NCBI GenBank assembly: GCA_946497955.1 | Contig: CAMMMH010000001.1 | Coordinates: 5,147-69,146 of the forward strand | DNA from: an uncultured Mycoplasmatota bacterium | GTDB taxonomy: Bacteria; Bacillota_I; Bacilli_A; RF39; UBA660 | Reading direction: 5' to 3' | Length of the DNA: 64,000 nt | In this document: positions 1 through 10,423 of the stretch, piece by piece | How the letters are laid out: every line of letters begins with the position of its first letter | Position numbering within the stretch: position 1 is the stretch's first letter | Made by a program: the position numbers and the translations under genes | The notes under the pieces: generated by a model | The model's database searches: none | Told to the model about the DNA's origin: nothing | What the model saw: only the letters and a program-made list of their open reading frames with translations

Positions 1-1
1 T

Positions 2-397
2 GTTTCAGCAGTTAAACATCCTATGGTTATTGCAGATATTAAAGATGATTATATTGAAGTGATCGCTCTAGATAAAACAAGAGGTAAATTGCATCAGTTA
101 TTCCATTATTATAATTTTTATATAAGTTATGACAATCCTAAAGAAAGTGTGATAAGTGAGGATAGTTATGGACAGCTTAATACTAAATTAACAATAGATA
201 ATATTGAAGAATTAAAAAATGCAAGAAAAACTTTAAAGAAGTTATCTACCAAAAAGTTAAATGCACTTTTAAAAGAATATAAAGATTATCAAAATAACCA
301 TAATTTAGATGAGAAAAGAGTTGTTCATATGTCTAGAAATGAAATATTAAAGTTAAATCCAAAACTAGATAAAATTACTATTACTAATAGAGACTAA
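2..397 (+). CDS. hypothetical protein (5' partial; frame open from window start)
   Basis: ORF open from position 2, first Met at 23; no recognisable motif. Confidence 0.4.
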   Translation, partial: VSAVKHPMVIADIKDDYIEVIALDKTRGKLHQLFHYYNFYISYDNPKESVISEDSYGQLNTKLTIDNIEELKNARKTLKKLSTKKLNALLKEYKDYQNNHNLDEKRVVHMSRNEILKLNPKLDKITITNRD

Positions 398-420
398 TAC
401 TAGTTATCATGTATTAGTCT
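391..420. terminator. inverted repeat between convergent genes (agactaatac/gtattagtct)
   Basis: 10-bp perfect inverted repeat with 10-nt loop immediately after the stop of the + strand ORF. Confidence 0.4.
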
Positions 421-437
421 CTTGTCATTTCTTATAA

Positions 438-1472
438 TTAATTAATTGTTGGTGATTCTTTTAGATATATTTTTTTCTTATCAAAATCCACTTCAATTTC
501 TGTTCCTAATGGCAAGATTCCTATTGGTTCGCTATGTCCTATATTGACATTATATAGTACTGGCAACGTTTCTTTGTTAAATTCTTTCAATACTTTTTTA
601 TAGACTTCTTTATATTCTTCATAGTATTGTTCAGCTTGTGGTTTACCAACAATAATACCTTTAATTTCATCAAATATTCCTAAAGCGCCTAAATTTCTTA
701 AATAGTAAGTTATATAAATAGGATTAGGTCTATCTTCACTAGTTTCAATAAGTAATATTTTATCTTTCCATTCTTCTTTAGTAGGCCAAATTTCTGTCCC
801 TACTATCATAGGAAAAACATCTATACACCCTCCTAATAGTTTACCAGTTATTACACCACTTCCTTGTAGAATTTCATAACCATGCAACTCTTTAATTAAT
901 TTTTTTGCAATATTAATATTTTTTTCATCCCAGTCTAAATAATCACCAGACCATACTTCGCTTGATTTAATTTCATAATTATTACATTTGCTAAATAAAA
1001 TATTCTTAACAGCTTCTTTTGTATAATCAAACATCTTTACATATTCTCCAAACTCAGCCATAATAGATGGTCCATATAACGAAACAAGTCCAGCTTTATT
1101 CATCATGAAATGATTAACTGTAGTATCAGAATATCCCATGAATATTTTTGGATTATTTTTAATTATTTCATAATCTATATATGGTAATAATCTAATAGTA
1201 TCATCACCACCTATTGCACAAAATATTCCTTTAATACTTTCGTCTTTAAAAGCATTCATCAAGTCTTCTGCTCTTTTCTCTGGATGATTATAAATATATT
1301 CAGTTCCTTTTAAAGCATTAGGCATAGTAACAACTTCTAAACCAAAATCGTTTTCTAATCTTTCTTTGGCAATATAATATTTATGAATTAAATTTTTATC
1401 TCCTAATCCTCCCCAAGATAAACTAACAATTGCAATTTTATCTCCTTTTCTTAACATTTTTGGTTTTATCAT
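438..1472 (-). CDS. LD-carboxypeptidase (peptidase S66, LdcA/MccF-like)
   Basis: GYSDTT nucleophile-Ser motif and IGHSEP His region typical of S66 family. Confidence 0.65.
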   Translation of the reverse strand: MIKPKMLRKGDKIAIVSLSWGGLGDKNLIHKYYIAKERLENDFGLEVVTMPNALKGTEYIYNHPEKRAEDLMNAFKDESIKGIFCAIGGDDTIRLLPYIDYEIIKNNPKIFMGYSDTTVNHFMMNKAGLVSLYGPSIMAEFGEYVKMFDYTKEAVKNILFSKCNNYEIKSSEVWSGDYLDWDEKNINIAKKLIKELHGYEILQGSGVITGKLLGGCIDVFPMIVGTEIWPTKEEWKDKILLIETSEDRPNPIYITYYLRNLGALGIFDEIKGIIVGKPQAEQYYEEYKEVYKKVLKEFNKETLPVLYNVNIGHSEPIGILPLGTEIEVDFDKKKIYLKESPTIN

Positions 1473-1677
1473 AATTGCACATCCTTTCGTTTTGCATTGC
1501 TTACATTACACAAATTATAACAAACAATTATAATTAAATCTAGTTTTTGAAAAGTAAAAATCTATCATTAAACTTTTTTTGACTCCATTCATAATCATTG
1601 TCTAATACACTTTCACAATTTTAATATCTAAACTTTTCATTACTATAACTCAAGTTTCCCGACAATGTCGGGACTTT

Positions 1678-3759
1678 TTATTGATAAGTTTTAATTTTAT
1701 TATTAGTAAAATCAAACATAACCATACCATTTATTTGAGTGTTGTAAATAATTGAACCATTTTCTTCTAATCTTTCAATTACTTCTTTATGAGGATGATT
1801 AAATTTATTATCTACTCCTGCTGATATTAAAGCATAAGTAGGATTAACTTTATCTATAAACTCTTCACTACTACTAGTTCTAGAGCCATGATGTCCTACT
1901 TTTAGTATTGCAATATCACTTATATAATAATTATCTAATATGTATTCTTCGCTTTTAATACTAGCATCTCCCATAAACAGTAATCTCTTATCATAAATAG
2001 TACTATATAAAACTAAACTACTATCATTTTCATCAGGATAAGTATTAGATATAACTAAAAAGTTAAAGTTACCTAAATTAAAGCTATCTCCTTCTGTTAA
2101 TTTGTAATGATTAGAAGAACTCTTCCATATCTTTTTCTCTAAGGTATTTAACTCATTACCATTAAAGAAAACGTTTTTAACCTCTATATCATCCATAATT
2201 GTTAAAGCTTCCCCTGCATGGTCATAGTCTCCATGAGTTAGGACTAAGTAATCTAATTTTGTTATTCCTAAAGTTTTAAGAAAATTAACTAAATAAACAC
2301 CACTACTTGTCTTTTCATACTGCATCCACTCTTCAGTATAATAAGACATAACCCCTCCTGTATCTATTAACATAGACTTATTATTAGATGTAATTAAGAA
2401 TGAGTCTCCCTGCCCTACATCTATCATATATAAAGCATCTTTTGGAATTATTTTAGGATAAGAGTAATGTATTATTACCAAAAGTAGTATTAATAATAAA
2501 AATATCTTCTTCTTTGCCTTAACAAATAAATAACTAAATATTAGGATATAGTATAATAAATAATAAACTATATTAAACCGCGCTAGAGTTATATAACCTA
2601 TATTAAAGTGAGATAAGAATGTAACACTTTCTTCAAAGATATTTATAAAAAACTCTAAAATAAAAGATAAAAATGGTATAAAGAAACAAATTATAGATAA
2701 GGGAAAGATAATTACGTTAATAAAAGGAACATAGAATAGATTATAAACTATACTAAGAGGATTAGTATAAGAAAAATGATATAAAGAAATGGGTAAACTA
2801 ACTAAGAAGCTTACCCATGATACTTCTAATAAGTCTATTATCTTACCTTTACTTTTCTTATTATTCATGTATAAGATTAACGTACAACTTATAACGGTAG
2901 AGTACTGAAATCCTACATCAAATATGTAATAGGGATTTATAAAGAATAGTATACTTAAAGATAATAGAATTAAGAAAAGAGGTCTAATATTCAAGTTAAA
3001 AGTGTTATTAAGAGAAAATACTAAACTAAATATTAAGGCTCTATCAATCGCTGCACAGTCTTCTATTATTAGGTAATAACAAATTAGAATGCAAAAGACA
3101 AAAAGCAAATTATTAAGATTTATGGTTTTCTTACGTAGAGTAATAATAGAAATTAGAAAACTAATTTGTGTTCCTGATAGAGCGAAAAGATGAGAAATAC
3201 CAAGATTTCTAAAATCTTCTTCTAAAGTAGTATCAAAGGAAGTATCATCTCCTAAGAAGAAAACTTTTATATAACTGCCTACTTTATCATTACTAATACT
3301 ACTTCTAACTGCATTTCTAATACTATATAAAATATTACTATTTTTATGTTTAATATAATAATTAGATACTTTCATTATATAAAAAATCTTTTGGTATTTT
3401 AGGTGGGTAGGATAGGAAAAACCATAAAAATTTTTACTAGAAATGGGTTCGTTCAACTCTCCTTTTAAAGTAAGAGTATCACCTAATGAAAGTTCTTTCT
3501 TTGTTTTATGTAATTCTTCTTCGGTATCGAAGTAATAAGTGGCGATAAGTTTTTCTTTTGTTTTAAGTGTCAGTGTCATTTTATTACCTTGATATTCTAT
3601 AGATTCTATTACTCCTTCTACTTTGGTTTCACTCCCTTCAAACTTGGAGGTAAAATCTATATTTATATAAATAACAAGATAAATCAAACTAATTATAAAT
3701 AACGTAATATAAATAGATTTAAATAGTAATACTTTCCTTAATATCATCAAAGATAGCAT
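1678..3759 (-). CDS. comEC: competence protein ComEC/Rec2 (polytopic membrane channel with C-terminal metallo-beta-lactamase domain)
   Basis: Multiple TM helices followed by a THGDYDHAG MBL motif; adjacent to comEA. Confidence 0.85.
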   Translation of the reverse strand: MLSLMILRKVLLFKSIYITLFIISLIYLVIYINIDFTSKFEGSETKVEGVIESIEYQGNKMTLTLKTKEKLIATYYFDTEEELHKTKKELSLGDTLTLKGELNEPISSKNFYGFSYPTHLKYQKIFYIMKVSNYYIKHKNSNILYSIRNAVRSSISNDKVGSYIKVFFLGDDTSFDTTLEEDFRNLGISHLFALSGTQISFLISIITLRKKTINLNNLLFVFCILICYYLIIEDCAAIDRALIFSLVFSLNNTFNLNIRPLFLILLSLSILFFINPYYIFDVGFQYSTVISCTLILYMNNKKSKGKIIDLLEVSWVSFLVSLPISLYHFSYTNPLSIVYNLFYVPFINVIIFPLSIICFFIPFLSFILEFFINIFEESVTFLSHFNIGYITLARFNIVYYLLYYILIFSYLFVKAKKKIFLLLILLLVIIHYSYPKIIPKDALYMIDVGQGDSFLITSNNKSMLIDTGGVMSYYTEEWMQYEKTSSGVYLVNFLKTLGITKLDYLVLTHGDYDHAGEALTIMDDIEVKNVFFNGNELNTLEKKIWKSSSNHYKLTEGDSFNLGNFNFLVISNTYPDENDSSLVLYSTIYDKRLLFMGDASIKSEEYILDNYYISDIAILKVGHHGSRTSSSEEFIDKVNPTYALISAGVDNKFNHPHKEVIERLEENGSIIYNTQINGMVMFDFTNNKIKTYQ

Positions 3760-4420
3760 CTCCTATGCCATTAACTTCTTTTAACTCTTCAATATTTTGA
3801 AATGCTCCTACTTCTTCCCGATATTTTATAATTGCTTCAGCTTTCGCTTCCCCAATACCTGGAAGCATCATTAACTCATCAAGGGTTGCGGTATTAAGTG
3901 ATATTTTACCACTAATAACTACACTACTAGAACTAGTATCATTAGTACTATCTTCAATACAAGCATCATTTTCAATACCATTTTGATTTTTACAGGCTTC
4001 TTGTTCTATTTCTTCTTGTTCTTTAGTTTCTGTAAAAGACTCTACTTCATCAAAACTATAAACAATAATAACCATTTCATCTTTAACTTTCTTAGAAAGA
4101 TTTAAAACTGAAGTATCGGCAACTTCTGTTAAATCACCTGCTAATCTAATAACATCAATAACTCTGCTACCCTCTTTAACAGTATATATTCCAGGATTAA
4201 TAACTTCTCCTTTAATATCTACTTGATAGTAAACATCACTTGTCTTTTCCTCCTCTTCATCCTTTTTGATGTCTTTCTTTGTATTTAAAACAATATTTTC
4301 ATCTTTCTTATCTTTCGCAGTAAAATTTTTATAGATAAAGATAGATGCTACGACTAATAGCAAAACAAGTCCCAAAATACAAAGAATAATTTGTTTTTTA
4401 TGACGATAAGTAAAAGTCAT
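3719..4420 (-). CDS. comEA: competence protein ComEA (DNA-binding helix-hairpin-helix)
   Basis: N-terminal TM segment, SLH-like middle and C-terminal tandem HhH (LPGIGEAKAEAII...VNGIGDAIF). Confidence 0.8.
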   Translation of the reverse strand: MTFTYRHKKQIILCILGLVLLLVVASIFIYKNFTAKDKKDENIVLNTKKDIKKDEEEEKTSDVYYQVDIKGEVINPGIYTVKEGSRVIDVIRLAGDLTEVADTSVLNLSKKVKDEMVIIVYSFDEVESFTETKEQEEIEQEACKNQNGIENDACIEDSTNDTSSSSVVISGKISLNTATLDELMMLPGIGEAKAEAIIKYREEVGAFQNIEELKEVNGIGDAIFDDIKESITI

Positions 4421-4575
4421 TTCTTTTCCTCCTTTCCAGTTACGATACTAACAGAAAGGAAAAATAATTGCAAAAAGTGAATTTTTAAAATTCAAGAAAA
4501 AAAGAGCCCCAATTTATTAAATTGCTCTAGGGAATTTTGAAAATTGAAGCCTAAAATCCTTTGAATTTACAAAAT

Positions 4576-5724
4576 TCATACTTTTTTAATTTTTTTATCT
4601 CGAAGCTTATTTTCAATATTAACACGTTGAACTATGGCTAGAGAAACCATTAAACATAAAGTAAAACTACCACCATAACTCAAGAAAGGTAAAGGTACTC
4701 CTGTCATAGGCATAAGACCAAATAAGCCCATTAAATTGACTACAACATGTAAAAAGATATAGACGGCAACACCATAACAAAGTAAAGCTCCTCTATTTGT
4801 ATAACTATCTCTTCCTATCTTTAATATTCTATATAGGAGGTAGAGATAAGCAAGGATTATTATAATTCCAACAACAAGTCCTAACTCTTCAACAGTAACA
4901 GCAAAGATAAAGTCTGTATAAGGATATGGTAAGTACAAATACTTCTGAGTACTATTACCAAGCCCTACACCAGTAAGACCACCATTATTAATAGAAATAT
5001 AACCATTACATACTTGATTACCTGTATCTAGTAGTCTATCACATGGTCTTGTAAAGTTAAATCTTTCTATCTGTCTTGCTTGTAAAAAACTTCCTCCTGT
5101 CATAATAAGTACCGCTCCTACTACTAAACACATTCCAAAGAAAAGAGCGATAACTTTAAATTTAATAAGTCTTGAAACAGGAGATGAGAAAAATATTATA
5201 CCTGTAAGTCCTGCAAAGATAATAGCAGTTCCTAAGTCAGGTTGTAACATAATTAAAAATGTTATAATTACTCCAACTATTAAAGGAATAATAGCGATAA
5301 AGAAGTTATTTAAACGTTTTTCATGGACTTCATAAAACCTTGCCATAAAAACTATCATAATTACTTTAATAAATTCACTAGGTTGTAAAGTAAAAGGACC
5401 AATAGGAATCCAACTAACAGCATAGTTTGTCGCTTTACCATAAATAAGTAAAAGAATAAGAACTGCTACAAAGGCAATTAAAAGAATATTTGACATCATT
5501 CCATAGAACTTAGTATTAAACTTAACCATAATTATACAAAAGATAAAACTAACTAATAAAAATAATCCCTGTCTAAAGAAATAATCATAAGGACTTCCTC
5601 CATTCATGTATGATGTAACATTACTAGCAGAGAAAATCATTACTAGTCCTAACACAAAAAGAATTAGAGTTAGAATAAATAATGGTTTATCTATATTTTT
5701 AATTATATCTTTAAGCTTAGTCAT
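4576..5724 (-). CDS. SEDS family peptidoglycan glycosyltransferase (FtsW/RodA/SpoVE)
   Basis: 10-TM protein with conserved SEDS motifs (GGSF..., PLPFLSYGGS). Confidence 0.8.
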   Translation of the reverse strand: MTKLKDIIKNIDKPLFILTLILFVLGLVMIFSASNVTSYMNGGSPYDYFFRQGLFLLVSFIFCIIMVKFNTKFYGMMSNILLIAFVAVLILLLIYGKATNYAVSWIPIGPFTLQPSEFIKVIMIVFMARFYEVHEKRLNNFFIAIIPLIVGVIITFLIMLQPDLGTAIIFAGLTGIIFFSSPVSRLIKFKVIALFFGMCLVVGAVLIMTGGSFLQARQIERFNFTRPCDRLLDTGNQVCNGYISINNGGLTGVGLGNSTQKYLYLPYPYTDFIFAVTVEELGLVVGIIIILAYLYLLYRILKIGRDSYTNRGALLCYGVAVYIFLHVVVNLMGLFGLMPMTGVPLPFLSYGGSFTLCLMVSLAIVQRVNIENKLRDKKIKKV

Positions 5725-5863
5725 TATTCTAACCCTCCTTATCTTTAGTCTTTTTCTTTAAGAATACCATAAATTAAAGATAGTTTAAAGTCACCTAGTC
5801 AAATTCATTAACAATTTGACATATTTTTTCATATCTTATAATAGAAAAAGGAGGTTTTTAACT

Positions 5864-6040
5864 ATGTATTATTATGGTGGTGGATCATTTAATTCATTCC
5901 CAAGTTGTGGATGCTCTAATCAATGGTTTTATCCTAGTTGCGGATGGGGCTGGGGCAATAACAACAACAATAACTATGCCATAATTTTAGTTTTATTTAT
6001 ACTACTAGTTATTGTAATTGGTGCAAGATTTACTCGTTAA
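5864..6040 (+). CDS. YjcZ-like small sporulation protein (Gly/Cys-rich N-terminus, hydrophobic tail)
   Basis: GGAGG RBS 10 nt upstream of the ATG at 5864. The tracked ORF start at 5816 lacks an RBS. The sequence MYYYGGGSF...ILVLFILLVIVIG resembles the YjcZ family. Confidence 0.5.
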   Translation: MYYYGGGSFNSFPSCGCSNQWFYPSCGWGWGNNNNNNYAIILVLFILLVIVIGARFTR

Positions 6041-6104
6041 GAAAGGTTTTCCTTTCTTTTTTTTTAGATATGTGTTAAAATATAGCAAGAAATGGGGTAT
6101 TTAG

Positions 6105-6653
6105 ATGTTAAGAAATAAAGATATATTAGATGAAAAAGATAAAAGATTAAGATTAGTTAGTAAAGATGTTACTTTTCCATTAAGTAAAGATGATTTAAAG
6201 ACTATAGACTTAATGGTAGAATATCTAACTAATAGTCAAATAGAAAGATTATCAGAAAAGTATAATTTAAGACCTGGTATGGGTATGGCAGCAATTCAAT
6301 TAGGTATTCCTAAAAGATATTTAGTAATTGTTCATGAAGTAGATGAAGAAGAGTTTGATACTTATATTATCTGTAATCCTAAGATTATTAGTAATTCAAG
6401 TGAAAAGATATATGTAGAAATGGGAGAAGGATGCTTATCTGTAAACCGTGAAGTTGATGGTATTGTTCCAAGATATGCTAGAGTTACCGTAGAAGGCTAT
6501 GATACTAAAGGTAATAAAATAAGAGTTCGTGCTAGAGAAGAACTTGCTATTGCCTTTCAACACGAAATAGATCATTTAAATGGGGTTATGTTTACAGATT
6601 ATATAGATCCTAAAAATCCCTATAAAGACAGTGATAAATATAGAGCAATATAA
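6105..6653 (+). CDS. def: peptide deformylase
   Basis: All three PDF motifs present: GMGMAAIQLG, EGCLS, HEIDHLNG. Confidence 0.9.
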   Translation: MLRNKDILDEKDKRLRLVSKDVTFPLSKDDLKTIDLMVEYLTNSQIERLSEKYNLRPGMGMAAIQLGIPKRYLVIVHEVDEEEFDTYIICNPKIISNSSEKIYVEMGEGCLSVNREVDGIVPRYARVTVEGYDTKGNKIRVRAREELAIAFQHEIDHLNGVMFTDYIDPKNPYKDSDKYRAI

Positions 6654-6655
6654 AA

Positions 6656-6676
6656 ACAGGACGAACCTGTTTTTTA
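6656..6676 (+). terminator. rho-independent terminator of def
   Basis: acaggacgaacctgt hairpin followed by TTTTT. Confidence 0.7.
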
Positions 6677-7438
6677 TTTTATACCTTTTTTCTTACCATA
6701 GTATAAAGCTAGTACTTGTAACTTATCATCATCAGGATCTAAATTAGGAATCTCTTCTAATACTTTCATAAATTCGGTCATTACTTCATCATAAGTAAGT
6801 TTAGCAAGAACCTCTCCATTAAGCACTTTTTCTTTATCTTCTCTACTCTTATATAAAGCATTACTTGCAATATCAATGGTTATATCATCTTTCTCTAAAT
6901 AAGAATGGAAATGTCCTCCTACAAATAAATTATTATCATAAGAAAGTACTGCTTTGTAATCTTTATTTTCAGATAAAAAGTCAAAGCTTCTCACATGACA
7001 ACAGTTTCTAAGGTTTCTTTTAAAGATATAAGCAGATTTTGTATTTTTAAATATCTCACTAGCTTTATATACTCTTATAGTTCCTAAACTAGTTTCAAGT
7101 CTATATAATAATCCGTTATCTTCTTCACTAATTACACCTGGCCATAGTGTAGCTCTATGTTCATTTTTACTATCTAACAAATCATAGATGGCATTATGAA
7201 TAGATGATTTATAATTAATTTTATAATTATTTAATACTTCTTCTAAAACTTGATGTTTTCCCTTCTTTTTTAGATAAAAATAATTGTAAAGAAGAGATGC
7301 TAAAGGATTATCATCACATTTATGATATGGCCCTAGTTTTCTATATTCACTTATAATATACTCTGCTGTTTGTTCACTTAAATTCTGATATTTAATCTCG
7401 GTATTCAAATGATATTCATCTATTTCATTAAGTTCCAT
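6674..7438 (-). CDS. hypothetical protein
   Basis: 254-aa ORF with good coding-like composition; no motif recognised. Confidence 0.4.
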   Translation of the reverse strand: MELNEIDEYHLNTEIKYQNLSEQTAEYIISEYRKLGPYHKCDDNPLASLLYNYFYLKKKGKHQVLEEVLNNYKINYKSSIHNAIYDLLDSKNEHRATLWPGVISEEDNGLLYRLETSLGTIRVYKASEIFKNTKSAYIFKRNLRNCCHVRSFDFLSENKDYKAVLSYDNNLFVGGHFHSYLEKDDITIDIASNALYKSREDKEKVLNGEVLAKLTYDEVMTEFMKVLEEIPNLDPDDDKLQVLALYYGKKKGIK

Positions 7439-7560
7439 AAATATCCCCTCTTTTAATAATTAGTATATATTATATCACATTTTACATGGATTGAAGCATT
7501 TATTTTGTTTTTAGATTTACAAAACTTCCCTTACTTGCTAGAATTAAATAGGAGGATCTT

Positions 7561-8472
7561 ATGAAGAAATACATTGTTTTATTATTTTTAATTATTTTAT
7601 TTGGATTTACTTTTGCCTTTAGACGTCCTTTATATAATTTATATAGAACTTATTTTGTTAAAGAAAATAAAGATGTAACTTTAAAGGAATCTAATGATTA
7701 TACAAGAGATTATGATTTTAATTTTGTTAAACGAACTGATGACTTTACTCCTAGTGAATATCAAGACTTATTAAATATTTATTACACTGTTTTAAACTCT
7801 GGGGTAGAAGAATTTTCATTTTACTGTCCTGATGAGTATTCTTCCTGTATAGATGATGTTGATAGTCTTGCTAATAATCAAAAGGTTCTATCAACGATAA
7901 ATAACTTTGTTCATCCTTTTAATAGTTTTAGACATTTAGAAACTAGTTATGATGATTATGGTAAAGTTACTTTAAAGATTGAACATATCTATAGTAATAG
8001 TGATATTAAATTAATTGAAGCGAAAGTTAAAGAAGTAGAAAGTGAGATATGGAATAATTCTATGAGTAATGAGGATAAGATTAAGGAAGCTCATAATTAT
8101 ATTATTAATAATAGCAAATATGATAAAGATAGAAGTGATAATAATATTGTAAGATATAAATCAGATACTGCCTATGGTACTCTTTTAGAAGGTTATAGTT
8201 TATGTGGTGGTTATACTGATGCGATGGAATTATTTTTAGAAGATATGGGGGTTAAGAGTTATAAGATATCATCAGAAAATCATGTTTGGAATGCTGTTAA
8301 TTTAGATAATGCTTGGTATCATTTAGACCTTACTTGGGATGACCCAATTACTACTGATGGTAGTGATATCTTAGAATATAATTTCTTCTTAATAACTACT
8401 AGTGAGTTAAACGAATTAGAAAATGAACAACATAACTATGATAAAAATGTTTATAGTGAGCTTGCAACTTAA
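7561..8472 (+). CDS. secreted transglutaminase-like domain protein
   Basis: N-terminal signal/TM; Cys-His-Asp core (CGGYTDAM...HVWNAV...HLDLTWDD). Confidence 0.55.
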   Translation: MKKYIVLLFLIILFGFTFAFRRPLYNLYRTYFVKENKDVTLKESNDYTRDYDFNFVKRTDDFTPSEYQDLLNIYYTVLNSGVEEFSFYCPDEYSSCIDDVDSLANNQKVLSTINNFVHPFNSFRHLETSYDDYGKVTLKIEHIYSNSDIKLIEAKVKEVESEIWNNSMSNEDKIKEAHNYIINNSKYDKDRSDNNIVRYKSDTAYGTLLEGYSLCGGYTDAMELFLEDMGVKSYKISSENHVWNAVNLDNAWYHLDLTWDDPITTDGSDILEYNFFLITTSELNELENEQHNYDKNVYSELAT

Positions 8473-8475
8473 AAA

Positions 8476-8503
8476 ATGTTAGGAGATGTTTCCTAACATT
8501 TTT
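8476..8503. terminator. bidirectional rho-independent terminator
   Basis: atgttaggagatgtttcctaacat hairpin flanked by A-run and T-run between convergent genes. Confidence 0.7.
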
Positions 8504-9383
8504 ATTTATTCTTTTCCATCATTTTCTTAGCCATCTTTAGGATAAATTTATTAGTAGCAGGTACCTTTTCTCTATCTTTCTTATAACCTAGTGTTTTTAA
8601 AGCGTTATCAGCATAATCAACACATAAATCAACTCCTGAGATAAAACTTGCCATACTTGACCCTAAAAAGACAATAGGTCCAGCCATTTCTTCACTTTCT
8701 GCAAGACGATGAGCAACTCCAGTTTCTGCTAAAAGGGCTTCTTCGCCACCAGCCATCTTTTCAAATTCATCCTTCATACCTGTATCAGTAGAGCCTGGCA
8801 TTACATTATTAACTCTAATACCCTGTTTTCCTAGTTTAATAGAGGCTTCACAGGCATACTCTGATAAACATCTTTTAGAATACATGTATGCAAAAGTTGC
8901 AGGTGATATTTTGGCAAGAGGTTCTACTACACTCTCTATTTCTTCCCAAGTACTTGCATTTACTACCTTGCTCTGTTCTTTTCTAAACTCTTTCCAGTTA
9001 AGTCCTGCCGTACTTGTTACATAGACAATACTACCACCTTTACTCATTCTCTTAGTTAAATATTCTTCTGTAATATAGAAGTTAGCAGTGTAATTACAGT
9101 TAAATGTTGTCATATAATCTGTTTTAGATCCTGACAAGCCTGCTACTCCAAAGAAACAGTCAATATGTTCTGGAAGTTTACTGAATAAATTATCTATATC
9201 TTCTTTTTTAGATAAATCACATTTTATAAAGTCCTTAATCCCCTTAACATCACATGGATTTAAGTCAACAGCATAACAACTAGCTCCTAAATCTACTAGC
9301 ATTTCTAATGTTGCCTTACCCATACCACTACTGGCTCCTGTTACTACACAAACTTTATCCTTATAACCAAAATAATCTTTCAT
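8502..9383 (-). CDS. SDR family oxidoreductase
   Basis: VVTGASSGMGKA Rossmann motif and YMYSK (YxxxK) catalytic motif. Confidence 0.75.
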   Translation of the reverse strand: MKDYFGYKDKVCVVTGASSGMGKATLEMLVDLGASCYAVDLNPCDVKGIKDFIKCDLSKKEDIDNLFSKLPEHIDCFFGVAGLSGSKTDYMTTFNCNYTANFYITEEYLTKRMSKGGSIVYVTSTAGLNWKEFRKEQSKVVNASTWEEIESVVEPLAKISPATFAYMYSKRCLSEYACEASIKLGKQGIRVNNVMPGSTDTGMKDEFEKMAGGEEALLAETGVAHRLAESEEMAGPIVFLGSSMASFISGVDLCVDYADNALKTLGYKKDREKVPATNKFILKMAKKMMEKNK

Positions 9384-9483
9384 ATAAATCCTACCTTTCT
9401 AACTTAAGTATAGAAAAACAAAAGAAAAAAGTAAATAATTTAGAGAAAATTAGATACTTTTTTACAGTTATATGATTTACCGG

Positions 9484-9577
9484 TAGAATAATTTATTACT
9501 CGCGGGCCATCTACAAGCGAGATAATCTGCAGCGTAGAATAATTTATTACTCGCGACCATCTACAAGCGAGATAATT
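9484..9577. repeat. tandem pair of ~44-nt repeats (period 51) of the same family as the type III antitoxin repeats at 53857-53949
   Basis: Two units gtagaATaATTTATTAcTCGCg..ccaTCTACAAGCGAgataat. Each has the internal 5-nt inverted pair gtaga/tctac. The motifs ATTTATTA.TCGC and AAGCGA are shared with the toxN-linked repeats. Confidence 0.6.
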
Positions 9578-9706
9578 TCCGTAAAAAGAAAATCATCTTA
9601 TATATTATATAAAGTTTCCCTCATCTAATACATTTTAATTATATCATAAATGGTACTAGCGTGTAAAGATGTTTTTGTAATTATAGTTTTTCTTCTTTAG
9701 TTTATA

Positions 9707-10423
9707 TTATCTTTTTAATAATAATTTCTTTTCTAAAGAATAATCTATAATAGAATCAATATGTGACTGAGTAGTATCAAATACAGGAATATCTAAATCT
9801 TTTTGACTAATTAACATTTCTATTTCTGTACACCCTAATATTACACCTTTAATATTGCTTTGTTTTTTCATATTATTTATTACTTCAATATAATAGTCTC
9901 TTGAGCTGTCATTAATTTCACCTTTACATAGTTCATCAAATATTATTCTATCTATTTCATTAATTTCATTTTCACTATTTGGGATACTAACCGTTAATCC
10001 GTTTTGTTTTAACCTATCTTTTAAAAAGTCTTCTCTCATTGTATAGCCAGTACCTAAAAGTCCAACATTTAATACTTCATTTTCCTTGCATTTATCAGCA
10101 ACACAGTCAGCAATATGAATTAGAGGAATATTTATTTTACTTTCTATATAATTTGCTAATTTATGCATTGTATTAGTAGCAATAACTATATAATCAGCAC
10201 CAGCATTTTCTAAAGTTTTAGCAATAGAAGCTAGTTCTACACCAATTTTATCCCATTCATTGTTTAACATTAGTTTTCTAATATCTTCAAAATTCACATT
10301 ATAAATAATCATTTTAGCACAATTTAAGCCACCACATATCGCATTAACTCCATTATTAATTCTTTCATAATAATGAATTGATGATTCGTAACTCATTCCA
10401 CCAATAAGACCAATTGTTTTCAT
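9707..10423 (-). CDS. aspartate/glutamate racemase family protein
   Basis: MKTIGLIGGMS N-terminus and GCTE active-site Cys motif. Confidence 0.75.
   Translation of the reverse strand: MKTIGLIGGMSYESSIHYYERINNGVNAICGGLNCAKMIIYNVNFEDIRKLMLNNEWDKIGVELASIAKTLENAGADYIVIATNTMHKLANYIESKINIPLIHIADCVADKCKENEVLNVGLLGTGYTMREDFLKDRLKQNGLTVSIPNSENEINEIDRIIFDELCKGEINDSSRDYYIEVINNMKKQSNIKGVILGCTEIEMLISQKDLDIPVFDTTQSHIDSIIDYSLEKKLLLKR

Noticed and set aside
9484-9577. Possible CRISPR array (also 53857-53949)
   Set aside because: Only two repeat units each and no unique spacers between them; the repeats have internal stems with covariation and sit in a toxIN-like context
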